Origin: Camelus ferus
Taxonomy: Eukaryota
Reading direction: 5' to 3'
Assembly: GCF_009834535.1 (NCBI RefSeq)
Contig: NC_045696.1
Span: 66,962,001-67,026,000 of the forward strand
Length of the DNA: 64,000 nucleotides
Of this stretch, positions 1 through 13,320 are shown one piece after another. The stretch's first letter is position 1. Each line of letters starts with the position of its first letter. The position numbers were made by a program, and so were the translations under genes. Below the pieces are notes generated by a model, which was not told the origin of the DNA, searched no databases, and saw nothing but the letters and a program-made list of their open reading frames with translations.

Positions 1-2070
1 CACTAGCAATTCAATCTGTTTTATTGAAAATTCAATAAATACATACATTTGATTTTTTTTTTAACTTCAGGTTAGGTAATATATTAAGGTTGTGCATTTC
101 TCCTTGAGTGAGCTGTGGTAGCTTGTATTTCTCAAGGAATTCGTCCATGCCATCTAAGCTGTTGAATGTACTGGCATACGTAGTTCATAATAATACATCC
201 TTCTTATCCTCTAAGTATCTGCCAGATCTGTAGTGATGGTATCTCTCATGTTCCTGATATTGGTAGTTTGTGTTTTTTCTCCTTTTTTTTTTTTTTCTGG
301 CAAGTCTGGCTAGAGGTTTATATATTGTATTGATTTAAGAATCAATTTTTAAGGGGGTAGGGTATAGCTCAAGTGGTATAGTGCATGCTTAGCATGCACA
401 GGGTCCTGGGTTCAATCCCCAGTACCTCCACTAAAAATAAATAAATAAGTAAAACCTAACCACCTCTCCCCACCAAAAAATATAATTGAAATAAATTTCA
501 AAAGAATAAAATTTTTTTAAAAAATAATCAATTTTTAGTTTCATTAATTTCCCTATTTTATTATTTTTGTTTCATTGATTTCTGCTCTGATCTTGATTAT
601 CTCCTTTCTTGTTCTTCCTTTGAAATTCATTTGCTCTTCCTTTTCTAGTTTCTTAAAGCTAACGCTGGGGCCATTGATTTGACATCTTTATCTTTCTTCT
701 TTTACAATGTAGACGTTTGTGTTATAAAACACCACTACCAAGTATAGTTTAGTGTCATCTCACACATTTTAATATATTATGATTTCATTGTATTCAGTTG
801 AAAATACTTCTTAATTTCTACTTTTATTTTTTCTTTGACCCACAGTTTATTTAGAAGTTTGACCCACAGTTCATTTAGTTTCTAAACGTTTTGGAATTTT
901 CCAGAAGTCTTTCTGTTATTGATTTATCATTTAATTTTATGTGATCAGATTGCATACTTTGTATGACTTAAATCCTTCAAGGTTATTGATCCTTGTTTTA
1001 TGGCTAGAGTATGGTCTATCTTGGTAAGTGTTCCATTCATACTTAAAAAGAACATGTGTTCTGCTGTTGCTGTGTGGAGTGTTCTAGAAATGTTATTTTG
1101 GTCAAGTTGGCAGATAGTGTTACTCAAATAGTCTGTGTTCTTACTGACTGTCTGCTTATTTTATCCATTACTGAGGAGTGCAGTGATAACAACTATTTTA
1201 GTATTCTGTATATGTGTGATAATTCTATAGTCTCTGCCGCTTTGGGTCAGTTTTGATTGATTGGTTTTCCTTTCGTTATGAGTTGTATATTCTGGCTTCT
1301 TTGCTTGTCTTGAAATTTTTTATTGAAAAATTTACCTTGTTGGGTACTGGATGGTTTTGCATTCTTAAAAATAAACTTTGGCTTTGTTCTGATATGCAGT
1401 TAAGTTACGGGGAAACAATTTCATCTTCTTGGGTCTTACTTCTAAGCTTTGTTAAGTGGGACCTACACAGCATTCAGTCTGTTAATTTTTCCCCACTACT
1501 AAGGCAAGGCTCTTCTTAGTAGTCTTATATTCCCCTGAATTATGAGGATTTCCATCCTGCCTGCAGAGAACAGACACTATCTCCCCTTACAAGATTTAAT
1601 TACTTTCCCCTGTAATACTTTCAGATGTTTTCAACCCCTGGCTTCAAAAAGTTTCCCCATATGCATATGCTAATTAGTGCGCTGGTAAACGCTTGCCGGA
1701 AACCATCTGCACATCTTCAAAACTCTCTTCTCATGTAACCATTTTTACTCTGACATTCTGCCCCATGAACTCTAGCATCCTTGGTTTCCTCAGACTCCCA
1801 GTTCCATCTGCTCAACTCAGGGAGACCTCTGAGCTCTGCTTGGATCCCCTTTATTGCAATGCAGCCTGGAAACTCTCAGGGCAGTAAGCTGGGATAATTA
1901 CAGGGCTCACCCCATCTATTTCCTATCTCTCATCCATCACTGTTCTTCATTTCCTGACACCCAGTGTCTTGAGTGCCACTGTGTTATGTATTTTGTCTGT
2001 TTTATTGTTGTTTCAAGTGGGATGAGAAATTCCAAACTCTGTCACTCTGTTTTGACCAAAGGCAAAAGCC
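1..2070 (-). mobile_element. Old LINE-1 (L1M-type): degraded ORF2 endonuclease region joined to the L1 5' region
   Basis: Minus-strand translation at 945-1127 (GTLTKIDHTL) resembles the L1 ORF2 endonuclease motif HGTFSKIDH. The + strand is T-rich. After ~1200 the sequence resembles an old L1 5' end, implying a large internal deletion. Confidence 0.85.
353..525 (+). mobile_element. tRNA-Ala-derived SINE (camelid Vic-1 type)
   Basis: tRNA-Ala(AGC)-like head with A box (TAGCTCAAGTGG) and B box (GGTTCAATCC), a non-tRNA segment (AACCTAACCACCTCTCCC) and an A-rich tail. 12-bp TSD AATCAATTTTTA at 340-351 and 526-537. Confidence 0.92.
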
Positions 2071-2074
2071 CAGA

Positions 2075-2520
2075 TACATTAATTTTAATGTTATAAAATA
2101 TATCCATATTTAATAGTTTATATTTTTTGTCTTATTTTTATATCTTTCTCTATTTTTGTCTACAAGTTTTAAAGTGTTACCATTAACATTTAGGTTTTTC
2201 ATCAACCTAGAAAAGATTTTGTAAATGATTTCAAGTAGAGAATGATTCCTTTATTTATTTCTCCCATAATAAACTTAATAAACTAATTTCCTTACTCGTA
2301 TGCAAAGACAGTTCTGTCATACACCAAGGTCTGATATATATAAATATCCAGTTTGGGAATTGTTATGTTGCCCCACTGGTTTATTTTTCTATTGTTGGTA
2401 TTTTTGACATGTAGTAAATATTTAAGTTTAGAATCTTAAAGGAGTATAACATTCATTTTGATCACATTTCCTGGTCATTCTGGTAGGTTTTATATAGCCA
2501 AACATTTCTAGAATTACTGA
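2075..2520 (-). mobile_element. Old L1 ORF2 fragment (L1ME-like)
   Basis: T-rich degenerate match to antisense L1 ORF2 3' region. Confidence 0.55.
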
Positions 2521-2799
2521 TACGATTTCCTAATGATGTTCATCCTGTTTGTATATGTGTTCCTGAAGGGCTTGCGTTTACTTCCTCTCCTGTCAAAGCA
2601 CCTAAGGGAAATATGGGGAAAGCATCCGCCCAAGAGAACACCCAGCATGCTGCTCAGTTACCAACGCCTCCCGCACGCCTCCGACTTCCGGAGCTGTCGC
2701 TCTCGTCCTGCTCTGTATCTCCACTCTGGTTTTCTGCCATAATCTTCTTTCCTGCCCTTCCTTCTCTTTTCAGTGAGATGATGGTTTATTTTAACTTCT

Positions 2800-3260
2800 A
2801 TTTTTATTGGTAAATAATTTCAAGTACACAGAGAAGTAGGGATGTAATATAATAAATACCCATGTTTCTTCTATTCAGAATGAGTAAATGTTAAGGCTTT
2901 TTTCATATGCTTCAGATTTGCCTCTCTCTTTCTTACTCTCATTTCTATTTAAAAATGAAGTACTCTGGATCCGCTTAAAGCTACCCCCTCCCTCCTTTAC
3001 TCTGCAGAGGAAACACTGTCCTGAAGTTAGTATATATCCTTTCTGTCTATACCCTCTCTTTTACTAAATGTGTGTATCCACAGTCATTTTTGTGTTGTTT
3101 CATGTGCTTAAAATTTTGCATAAATGGTATTCTACTTATATGCCTTTATATAGATGAATCATTCTGTAACTCACTTTTACACTAAGACTTCAGTTTAGAA
3201 ATTCATCCATGTTGACAGTTTCACAGTTAGCTGTTTTATTTTTAAAAACTATATAATCTT
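2800..3260 (-). mobile_element. Old L1ME 3' end
   Basis: Typical antisense L1ME 3'UTR text (ATAATTTCAAGTACACAGAGAAGTAG; AAATTCATCCATGTTG). Confidence 0.65.
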
Positions 3261-3849
3261 TTATCACACTGCCAGATATTTTGGTAACTCTGTGGTTCAA
3301 TTCAGCTCTTCCTCCAATTAAAGTAGCCAGTAACCACGTATCTCATCTACGCTAGTCAAAACGAGGTTTTTGTGGCTCCATGTCCTAGCTACCACATCCC
3401 TGGGACATGCTAGGCAATCATGTTGCTTATTATTGAACAATAAATTTATTTCACCTTTTCTTCTCTCTCTTCTTTTCTCCATCCCCCTTCCCTTTCTTTT
3501 TTACTACCTCCTTTCATTCCTTCTATCTCTTCTCCCATTCTTTTATTAGTCATTGATGACATCAATTCCCACTCTCAGTTTATGTTTCCAAACTTGTTTC
3601 CTCCTACTTCCTTGTGTGCAAACTCCTGGCCTATTCTCGCCTCTCCCCAGCCATGTTCTGAACTGACATACGGAGGGTTTTTCTTACGATCTTCCCTCAA
3701 CTTAGTATTCTCTTTCTTTGTGTCTTCTTGTCCATGCTGTGTCCATTCTTCAAGGGCCAGATCAAATGTCATTTTCTCCATCAAGTCAACTTGGATTATC
3801 TCAACCATAGAAACTCTTTTGTGTACTCCAGGCAGTTCTATGTCATGCA

Positions 3850-4050
3850 GTGTAAATAGCGCAATATTTCTGGATTTGAAGTTCAGCTCTGTCTCTAACT
3901 CTCTGTGTAATTTCAATCAACTTGATAACTTTGAACTCCAATATCTTACTTATGAATGGGGAAAATAATTCTCATTCCAACAAAGTGTTATATTGGATCA
4001 AAATAACAATATGGCAATAAAGAGGCTGAGACATGTAGGAAACACCACAC
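3850..4050 (+). mobile_element. MIR SINE (degenerate)
   Basis: Degenerate MIR core and 3' end. Confidence 0.5.
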
Positions 4051-4479
4051 AGTTCTGTAATATGCTCATTTAATTTGTGCAAACACAGAGAAAGAGAGTA
4101 TGAAAAAGTTTATGTGATGAACATGAGCTTGAAGGGGAGATACGCCCTTCCTATTTCTTTGGTCAGACCCGGGTCCTGAGTACCATGGATTCTATAATCA
4201 TCTCACTGGGCTACACGTGAGACTAATGTTTTAAAGTTTGCATATGCTTAGTGCCTAAATGTAAATTAACTACTTCATCTGCTGTTCAATTAAAGAAACA
4301 GCAATCTGTTCCAGCCCTGAATGAAAAATTCAGTGCATTAGACCTATTGAGAGACAGAAAGATAGTCTCCAATTTTATGGGACTTGAAAGGATAAGTTTT
4401 GACTGTGGACAATTTCAGACTTTGAAACATCATCTCTGCCTAAAATGTCCTAGCTCTGCCCTGAGTAAATGACTGAAGA

Positions 4480-5150
4480 TGGAGAGAAAGATGAGCACTG
4501 AGATTTCCAGCTTCTAGCTTGGGTTTCTGGGTAGATAATGGTACAGTTATTAAATATAAGGAACACGTGAAGAGGCAAAAGTTTTAATGCTGTATTAATA
4601 AGAAACAGAAACAAACTCTGGCAGAAACTTGGATACCTCTGAGTTCCTGGCAACAGGAGATTTCCTGGAACTGCCATAAAAGTGATTAAGCTCTAGCCAT
4701 CTACGTTTCCTAGTTTCTCCATTCAGGTTTCAAGTTTCTGGAAAACAGAATGTGATTGGCCCAACCTACACCTGTCAACTTTATTCACTCAGGTGAAGGG
4801 AAATGTCATAGGCCAAACAGGGTCTCCAATCTACTTCTACTTCAGGAGAGAGGATAATTCAGTTTTCTGACATGTTAAATTTGAGGTCCTTATGGGAGAG
4901 ATCAGCAGGGTCATTTGGTTATACGGGTCTGCAGTTGTTAAGAAAAAAATCAGTACCAAAAATAGAGATATTGGAATCAACAATACATAGAACTCACGGG
5001 AAATTTGAATTTGTGTGCAGACTGAGCAAATGGCTACAGACAGAACATTTGAGAACATTTTAAGAAGCAAGCAGAGAAGGAGGAAGAAGATGCCCAGAGA
5101 CTGAGAAGAGTCTGAAAGCTAAAGAGCAAGGAATATGGGAGGGCTGGAGG
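4480..5150 (-). mobile_element. L2 fragment interrupted by an MLT1-like piece (~4590-4850)
   Basis: L2 antisense motifs (CAGTTTTCTGACATGTTAAATTTGAGGT) flank an MLT-like segment (TGTGATTGGCCCAACCT). Confidence 0.6.
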
Positions 5151-5462
5151 GCTTATAGAAACGCAGCAGTGGCCCAGAAGTTTCTCCACTCCAGAAATGC
5201 ATCCTTTCTTTGAAGTCTTATAACCAGAGAAATACATTTCAGGTGAGGAAATTACTAGTTTCCAAGACTGTACCTAGAGAACGCTCTTAGAAGTATCATT
5301 CTCGGAGACATAGAATAAAAATGGTGGAAAAACCAAGTTTTAAATGTTTTGTCTCCTCAGATTTTAGTCAGCCACGCCAATTCTCGCATCATCCCTTCTG
5401 GAGTTTCTCTTCTGAAAAATATTCACAATGGAAAATGAGAATGAATTAAAAGGCACTGACAG

Positions 5463-6062
5463 TGTCACCAAACTAGATTTGTTTGCCTGACACACAGCAG
5501 CACAAACACTGAGACACCAAGGCTTGCAGTAGAGAAGAGGTTTATTCACAAGGTAGCCAAGCAAGGAGATGGGAGAACAAATCTCAAATCCATCTCCCTC
5601 AAGATGAGGGGATCTTGGCATTTAGGACAAAGCTGAGGTATAGGGAGTGTGGGGAAAGGTGACTGAAGGTCAGGGAAAGGTGGGGTAGTGGAAGTCCTGT
5701 GCAGGCGCGACAGACACAACTAAGCTACAGGCTTCTTCATGGGGTGAAAGGGCTGCCCCCGCGTGTTCTGAGGGTGGAGTTTCCAGCCCTGTGCCATCAA
5801 AAGTCACGCATGCCCAGCCGGAGGGTTGGTGGTCTCAACCAGTCTTACCTGGCTCGAGCTCCAACTAGACAAAGCTGACTCCAAGTCCCTGAAAAGCAAC
5901 TTGGGCAAACATCCTATTGTTTAGGCTACATGATCCTTGGAGGACATGCAAGTTTTTGTGAAAACATTAAAGTGAGCTTGATCGGTGAAGGCAGGTTACT
6001 GTTCATTATCATTAAGTAAGTTATAGTTGAAAGGATCTGACTGGTGACTGTCCTCAACTTCA
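5463..6062 (-). mobile_element. ERV1-class solo LTR (~600 bp)
   Basis: TG...CA termini, imperfect 4-bp TSD (ACAG at 5459-5462, ATAG at 6063-6066), minus-strand AATAAA at 5541-5546, and higher GC than the flanks. Confidence 0.75.
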
Positions 6063-7519
6063 ATAGGAACCCGTGGGACTGCAATGTTCTATCTGTAGCA
6101 TTGGTGGGCATCTCCAGCCAGCAATAGGAATCTGGACAGCAGAAGACTCTCCAGTAAAAAAACCTTGAGAATTCATATAGCTATGGAAGAAAATGTCATG
6201 AATTAAAATACCATGGGTTTATTTTTGTGTGTGTGGCCCAATAGGTTGAGGGTGACATGTCCTAGCATGTGAGATTCTATTGATTTTTTACATATAAGGA
6301 AAGAGGAGTAACAATTCTGACCTAAAATATTGTTTTCTTGTAGAAAGTGGTAGGCATTTAAGAACACAGTCTTTGTTTTGTTTTGTTTCGTTTTTTAATA
6401 AACCTGGGAAGAGAGAGAAGTTAGATTTGCAAGTTTAATCACTGCATCGGTTTTCACAATAAGCAGCCAGCCAGTTGTGTGACCGAATTGAACCTCCTTT
6501 TTGCTTTTGTTCTTCATGCAGCCTTGTATGTGTCAACATCATCATGTCAGGAGAAGATCTGACAGGATCTTAAATATTTAAATGGGTATAAAAGAAACTA
6601 TAAAAGCTCATCCAATCCAAAAATCCCAAAATACAGTATTTATAGTAGGAATAAAAAGAAGAAATATTAATATTCAGCCCTAAATTCTAGGTGAATGTGG
6701 GATGTGTGAAAAACCTGACTACACCTAAAAGTACTCAGATAAACAGCAGTTCTTAGTAAAAAATATTTTTCTTTTCAGTTAGCGTAACTTTTTTTAAGAG
6801 TTTAAAAATACTTTAAGACATTTCTCATGTTTTTGGATGGGACCAAACCTTGACTAAAGGTTAAATTTTGCCTCACAATCTGCCACTGGAGTTTATGATT
6901 AGAAAGTCTATTTTAATCTATAAAATATGAACAAAATCAGACTGTATAATTTCATAAAGGAGCACTATTGCATTACTTTTGATGTAAGTTAACAAAGTTT
7001 GATTGATATTATCCTATTGACACCAAAGGGACTTTAGTAAACATAGGTTTTTAAAGCCCACTACTAACCGATAGCTAATATTTTCAGTAGATTTTTATGA
7101 ATTAAGAATTGTGTCCTGTGTCAGTGGTGGGTTTGATTTTGGGGGCTGAATCCCCGAATAGGTCCTTTAATTTATCTTTGTTCTCAGGTACAGATAAACA
7201 AAAATATTAACCCTCCCCCACTGTAATGCAAATGTGTGACCCTGGATGCAGAGCCAGGGCTTATGGGAAGCTCTCTAGATATCCATGCCACACTTGGAAA
7301 ATAGAGTTTGTGTACATCGGATGGTAGATATACGACACATACTGTGCCCAAGATAAACTGCTATGGATGAAGGAAGGTAATCAAAGAAGAGCTTTGCTTG
7401 TCCAATGTCACATGAACAGGAAGAGCTGGGACTCAATTTCCTGATCAAGTGACGTGTTTCCACTAAATCACATGGCTTTACTCAGTAATTTTGCATTTGG
7501 TATTGGTTTACCTTCTGAT

Positions 7520-7785
7520 TAGTGTGGTATAATGGAGAACAGCAAAACAGCACAGATTCCAAAGTCAGAAGAACCTGGATGTGAATCCTGGCTCTGGCAT
7601 GTATTAGCTATCTCACTTAATCAGATGATTTATGTTCTCTGCATCTCAGCTTCTCAGCTATAAATTCCTTAATTTTAAATAATAATATTTACCTCCTAGC
7701 ACTGCTATTAGGATTGATTGAGATAATACATATAGTTCATTATACAATGACCAGCACATAGTAGGTCCTCAACAAATAGCAGCCC
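7520..7785 (+). mobile_element. MIR SINE (near full length)
   Basis: MIR head, core (GAATCCTGGCTCTG...CTCAGCTTCTC) and 3' end (CAGCACATAGTAGGTCCTCAACAAAT). Confidence 0.85.
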
Positions 7786-7829
7786 TCTCTCTCCTCTAGT
7801 AAAAGAAAAAATGTATATTGTTTATTAGT

Positions 7830-8340
7830 CAATAGTTGATTACTGATTGCTAGTAACAGAAACTCAACACAAGTCAAGTAGGATAAAAAGAAGCACGTAT
7901 TGCTCTCATAAACTCTGGGAGAAGCAGACAGCCTGACAGATGTTTGGAACCAAGGATCTGAGTTCCGTCAGTACCCTCTCCACCTCTCCTCTCGGCTTCT
8001 TTCTGATTGCTGCCCTGTCCCGGCAGCTCACATCACCCTTTCACTTGGTTAGAACATGACTGCTGGCAAATCCCAGGTCACATCTCCCTGCCTTGCCACC
8101 ACAGAGGCACTGGGACAATTTCTCTGGTTTCAGATTGAAACACCTGATTCCAATTGGTCACTGCACTCCTGGACCAGTCAACTGAGGGCAGGATTCCATC
8201 ATTACTTCCGCTTGGGTGTGGTGCGTTCCTCCCAAACCTTGAGAAAGAGACTTGGGTCACAATGGAAGCACCCACTGTGAAAACACAACCAGTCATAATG
8301 GCGAGCGAAGGAGCAAGCTCCAGACAGACACAATGTCACA
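7830..8340. mobile_element. MaLR LTR (MLT1J/K/L-like)
   Basis: GATTGCTAGTAACAGAAACTCAAC start and CTGATTCCAATTGGTC motif, both typical of old MLT1. Confidence 0.55.
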
Positions 8341-9909
8341 CCAAGTGTGTCAACTTTAAAGACACCCAAAATGATACTTTCTTATTATTTAAGGGCAGAT
8401 ATATGTAGGATAATATACAAATATGTATAAGAATAATACACACTCAACTTAAACAGTAGTTACCTTTGGGAAGAAAGAGAAAGAGAAGAAAGGAAGGAGA
8501 AATTTAAATGTATCTCTAAGTTTTAGATGGAAAGAAAAGAAGAATGGAAATAAGAAAGAGAAAAAAGAGGAAAGAAGTGGGGAGGGGAAGCGGGAGGAGT
8601 TAGAAGAAGGAGAGAGCGGAAGAAACTGCAACAATATTTCCTATTAAGCCAAAGCCTTAATCTTACCACTAGGGGGAAAAAGGAAATATAATTGTATCTC
8701 TTAAAAAAACAAAAACAAAAACCCCATCCAGAAGCACTTTCAGAGGTGGCAGGAGGAGTGTGAGTCAAACACTAGATACCTGCTGTATTTCCGGTCTCAT
8801 TTATTTTCTACAAGCTGCCATGATATCTTAAATTCAGCACAAGCATGGAACAGGATGGTCTTGTCTTACCCGCTTTAAACTATTACAAACTCTCATTGGT
8901 GCAGTCGGACCGCCTATTCCACAAAGAAGTTCCTTCTTGATTATATGACGCACAGTATTAGAATAGATACTGAAATAAAGTCTGACTGGTTGAAAAAAAT
9001 GCTACCATAATCAGTAATCTCTTGAGATAACAGAAAATTAGACATTTGGTCATCCATTTCTAAAGAATATAGACAGTCTTTCCTGGTGAAAAGATCTAGG
9101 GCTGGATAAATATAAGGAAAGATACAGACCTCAGATTAAATGTGAAAAGAAAAAAAAAACTGCTATCTGCCAAAAAAAAAAAAAAAAAGAGAGAGAGAGA
9201 GAGAGAACAGACAAGGCCCTTGCTTTATCATGAAAGAAAACAAAACGAAGGAGGCTTTTATGTGAGTGAAACTTCGATGTCTTTTACATGATGTAACAAA
9301 ATGCAGAGGGACAATATGCTGGAGGATAATTTTTTTGCTTACAATTTGCATGAAGGGATTGGTGCTCCTCATTTTAAGCAAACATGACGTAAAATTAAAT
9401 TTTAACTAACAAAAGAGATATCTGGACTTAATTTTATAGAAAAAGCCAAAGTAAGATTATTTCCTAAAAATCTTCCTTAATGCATTGAGCGTTACTTAAG
9501 GAACAATTTTTTTTTTGGTCATGTATTATCTACCTGGCTCCAGGAACACATACATCCCTCACATCCTCATCTTTAAATGAAGAGTCAAAATTAAAATATA
9601 TGAAACATCAGAACTGAGTGAAGGATTAAAACTATTGGGGCTTACTCTGGGAGGGCTCTGGGATTGCCAGAGGAGAAGGTCTGGTGACTACACAGCAGAG
9701 AATCCAGCTGGAATAAAGGCATTTATATGGAATAAGCAGGGCAGTTGTTCAAATGCCTATTAAAATATGGCAAATTTTCAGGAATTTGACACACATACAT
9801 TGCTCTAAATATACTGATTTTTGTCTAGTGTATCTTCAAACACAGTGAAAGGATTTAAAAATTGCCTAAAATGCACAACTAATTCCCATCCATATTGTTT
9901 ACTCCGTGC

Positions 9910-9910
<1 letters not shown>

Positions 9911-9947
<37 letters not shown>
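9911..9947. repeat. (TG)n microsatellite
   Basis: About 18 perfect TG units. Confidence 0.98.
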
Positions 9948-9950
<3 letters not shown>

Positions 9951-10699
9951 TGCGTGGGGGGTGGGGGGTAGGTAGGTGGGTGATGATTCCTTAGGAAATA
10001 AAAAAACATTTTCCTGCCTCTTTCAAGGAGATAATTGCTGGTCTGGAGTTCCACTTTTGAAGCTACATTCTCATGAGACTCATGACAGAGCTTTCCCTGC
10101 ACTGCCCATCATAAACAGTTCTCTCCTTCTGAGCTTCCCTCTGACGGTCAGGATGAAGAGTCTCAGACTAGGACTCAAATGTGTATTGCTTTTTGCTCTC
10201 TCTCTCTTAAGCCTGGCACAGCACCTGGCTCATGGTAGGTGTTAAATCAAGTTTATCAAATGAATTAACTGATTTATTAATGCATGAAGCAAAAAGAAAC
10301 AAGAGTGATTTTTCAAATCTCCTATTCAAAGAGATCTTGGCATCTAGCATGCGCCAATTTGAGAAGGATTTCATTAATGGATATTACCACATGGCAAAGC
10401 ATTTTGTAATGTGATGAGGGGACTTTTGCCTCTAAGACACCTGTTTGGATCTATCCCAAGTAGATAGGAGCTGGACATCACTGCTGCCAGTATGCAGGGA
10501 GCTTGCAGTGGATTAGAATTTAGATCCCAAGGAACAGGTGTCCTTGCCATAAAATTAGCCATCACTATGAACCAGAGAGGTTAGAGACTGAAAGAGCCTC
10601 TAAACAAAGATTTGCGTGTAATCTAAGCAAGTCCTGTGGAGGAAGTTTATTGTCACCCTATAGTGGCCGAATATGGTCCATGGAAGATGCTTAGAGAAC

Positions 10700-12230
10700 T
10701 GAAGTTATTTGATCCCCAATTTTGACATGGCATAGCTTCTTTGTTATGACAAAATACTCCAAGCGTATCTTCTACATTTCTTGCCCCAGACCTGGAATTA
10801 CTCGTTTCTCCAAAAATCCCTAGTTTCTCTTAGTGGGAAATGGCATTTCAGCATCACAAATGGGTACTAGTACGCTTCCATGCTACTTCATTGGACTTTA
10901 TTTCTAGCCTTCTTTAATGGAAAGAGACTAGGAAGTACACATTTATTTAAAATAAATTACCTCATGAGATCATACTGACCCTTGAAATTCAAATTTAGAA
11001 TTACGGAGTTTTTCCTTATCCTCTTCTGTATTGATGTGTGTTCTCTCTTTTCTTCCAGAAAGAGAATCTTAGTTCTCAATGGCATAGGAGCTGATAGAAA
11101 TGGCATATCGCACAATTAGTTATCTCCTTCTCACTCATTACGCATGTAACAGTCTCAGAACAACACTAATGTCATCATCATCAATGTAATTATTGAGGAC
11201 AAGTCAGCAGATTTTGCCCGTTTTTTCCCGCTTCTCTTCCCATGTCTCATGGCGGTGCCCTGTCTACTCTGTCTGAATATGTGACTGTGACTTACTGGAT
11301 GTGCTCCCCTTCAGGCCTCATCTGCTGTTCTCCTAGGAACTAGTTCTTTAATACTCAACCCCCCGGACCTTATGATGATGTCTCTTTATTCATCTGGACT
11401 TTCTAAAGTTTATTCTTGTAGCAATTTCTCAGAATGGGCTTATGGGGAAAATATTCCTTGAGTTCTTAAATATTGATAACATTTGCCTTTTCCACTTGAA
11501 AGTCAATGGTGCTAGATATAAAACCTTTGGCTTACATTTCCTTGAGTGTCATAAATATTCCCTCCCCCTATTTTCTTTTGGCAGAAAGCATTGCTGTCAA
11601 AATGTTTGGTTATTGGTCAGATTCTCTGCTGTTTTCTTGTAGTGTTCAAAAAATGTCACTGGATTTCTTTCTAAGACTTCCTGGTTCTGATTCTCTTCCC
11701 ACATGTATCTGTCTCTTCTCATTCATCCGTCTCTCCTGCAACACCTTGCTTGATTTTGACTGTCATTTCTCCTCTGTGTGAGGCTCTGTTCTGGAAAGGA
11801 ATCCTGGCTGGTTCATGATTTAACAGGGTCTAGACTGTCCAGCCTTCCCTGGCCTTCCCGCAGGCTCCTTGCTCCCACCTGAGATTGGAGTAGATAAACC
11901 CCTCCCAGTCTCAGGGCAGTTCTCAAATTGGGCTGCTGTGATTTACAGCAAATATCCAGGGTCTATTTTGGGACTTTCCTCTTTTTACATCTCTTTTTAC
12001 AGGTAGCTTCTATCCGTTTTTACCCACTCAATGGTTGATATGTTGGCTGGTCATTGGTGTATCTTGGCATTTGTAGAATAGCTTTGTCACCCAGTTTAAT
12101 TATATATGTTGTTTGTGGGGTTTTGCTTTTAACTGTTTGTTTTGCTTTTGCTCTTTTGTTGCTCTGTTTTTATGTAGAGGAGTGAAAAGATTGAAAAACT
12201 ACATCATCATCACTATCTTCCCACTGAGGC
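10700..12230 (-). mobile_element. Old LINE-1 (L1MC4-like) fragments
   Basis: Antisense L1MC 3'UTR motif TTTCTTGCCCCAGACCTGGAAT...TTTCTCCAA, followed by further degenerate L1-like sequence. Confidence 0.7.
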
Positions 12231-12879
12231 ATCAATCTTCAGTGGTTTTAAGGGATTTGAAGAATTCTGAAGAGATATTCCTTTCTCTTCCTTCAAATTA
12301 TATTGTAGTAGGCAGCTGTCCCGAGCTAGAACCAGGGTAGGACTTGAAAATACCTGGTCACTGGATTACTAAACCAAGAAGGAGCCACTGAATCCACTTT
12401 GTACATAACAGATGGGTGTCCTATCACTCATGCCCTCACTGGCAACAGAGCAGGTAGAGGAAGATGTTGAGTGATACCACCTAGACCCAGACAATCAGAT
12501 TCAGAACGAGGAGCATTCTGCTGGAGAACTGAGTGAGGAGGGGCTGCACTAAATGGAAAGAGACCTAAGAGTCTTGGCATAATGTAATAAGATAGCTTTT
12601 TACCTCAAAGTACTGTGTAAAGGTATATATTAATGACTTGTTATTCCATTGTGAATGAGAGATGTCAAAGAGAAGAAAAGGGGAAAGGGCCAAGTCCACG
12701 ATTATTATCTTGAGGAAAAACACTGATTCTCTAGCTGCTATTGATAAAAAGTTGCAAGCAGGGGAACTTGAAGGGCCACCATATATGGTGGGTAACCCTA
12801 AAGGGTCTTTTGACACGTCTTTCTCTGTTGTTCATAGAGACAAGAATTCATTTTTAAAAAGTATTTATTCTTTCTTTTT

Positions 12880-13320
12880 CTTTTTGTTATCTTTAAAATA
12901 TAATGTCAAATTTTAAATATGTTGCAAGAATGGTACAGAGTTTTCCCCATTAGAAAAGATGCTGCTCATTAGAATCATTAGAAAGGATGTTGCTTACATG
13001 AGGCCACACCACCCTGGTAGTATTTTAGAATGTAATTCTGACAAAGACGTTCTTCTATGTAGCCATAATACTGTCATTAAAATCAAGAAATGAACATTGA
13101 TTCACTAGGACCATCTAATCCTCAGACCCCATTCACCTTCCACCCAATTGCGATAAAACAATTTCTTTTATTGCAAAAAAGATCTAATCGAGGATTATAT
13201 GTTCCCTTTAGTCATCATTTTTCTTTAGTTTCTTTTACTCTAGAACAGTTACTCAGTCTTTCTTTGGCCATCCTAACCTTGACACATTTGAAAATACAGG
13301 ATATTTTCAATCTATGTCTC
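12880..13320 (-). mobile_element. Old L1 3' end (L1MB/L1MC-like)
   Basis: AAAATCAAGAAATGAACATTGAT...CCATCTAATCCTCAGACCCCATTCA...TTTAGTCATCATTTTTCTTTAGT. Confidence 0.75.

Noticed and set aside
353..430. tRNA-Ala(AGC) gene (also at 25331 and 56448)
   Set aside because: Extended 5' end, stem mismatches, A-rich tails and target-site duplications show these are SINEs, not functional tRNA genes.
945..1127. 60-aa ORF with an endonuclease-like motif
   Set aside because: It is a frameshifted fragment of L1 ORF2.
8465..8625. Purine-rich tract as a functional element
   Set aside because: It is low-complexity GA-rich sequence of a kind common in mammalian genomes.
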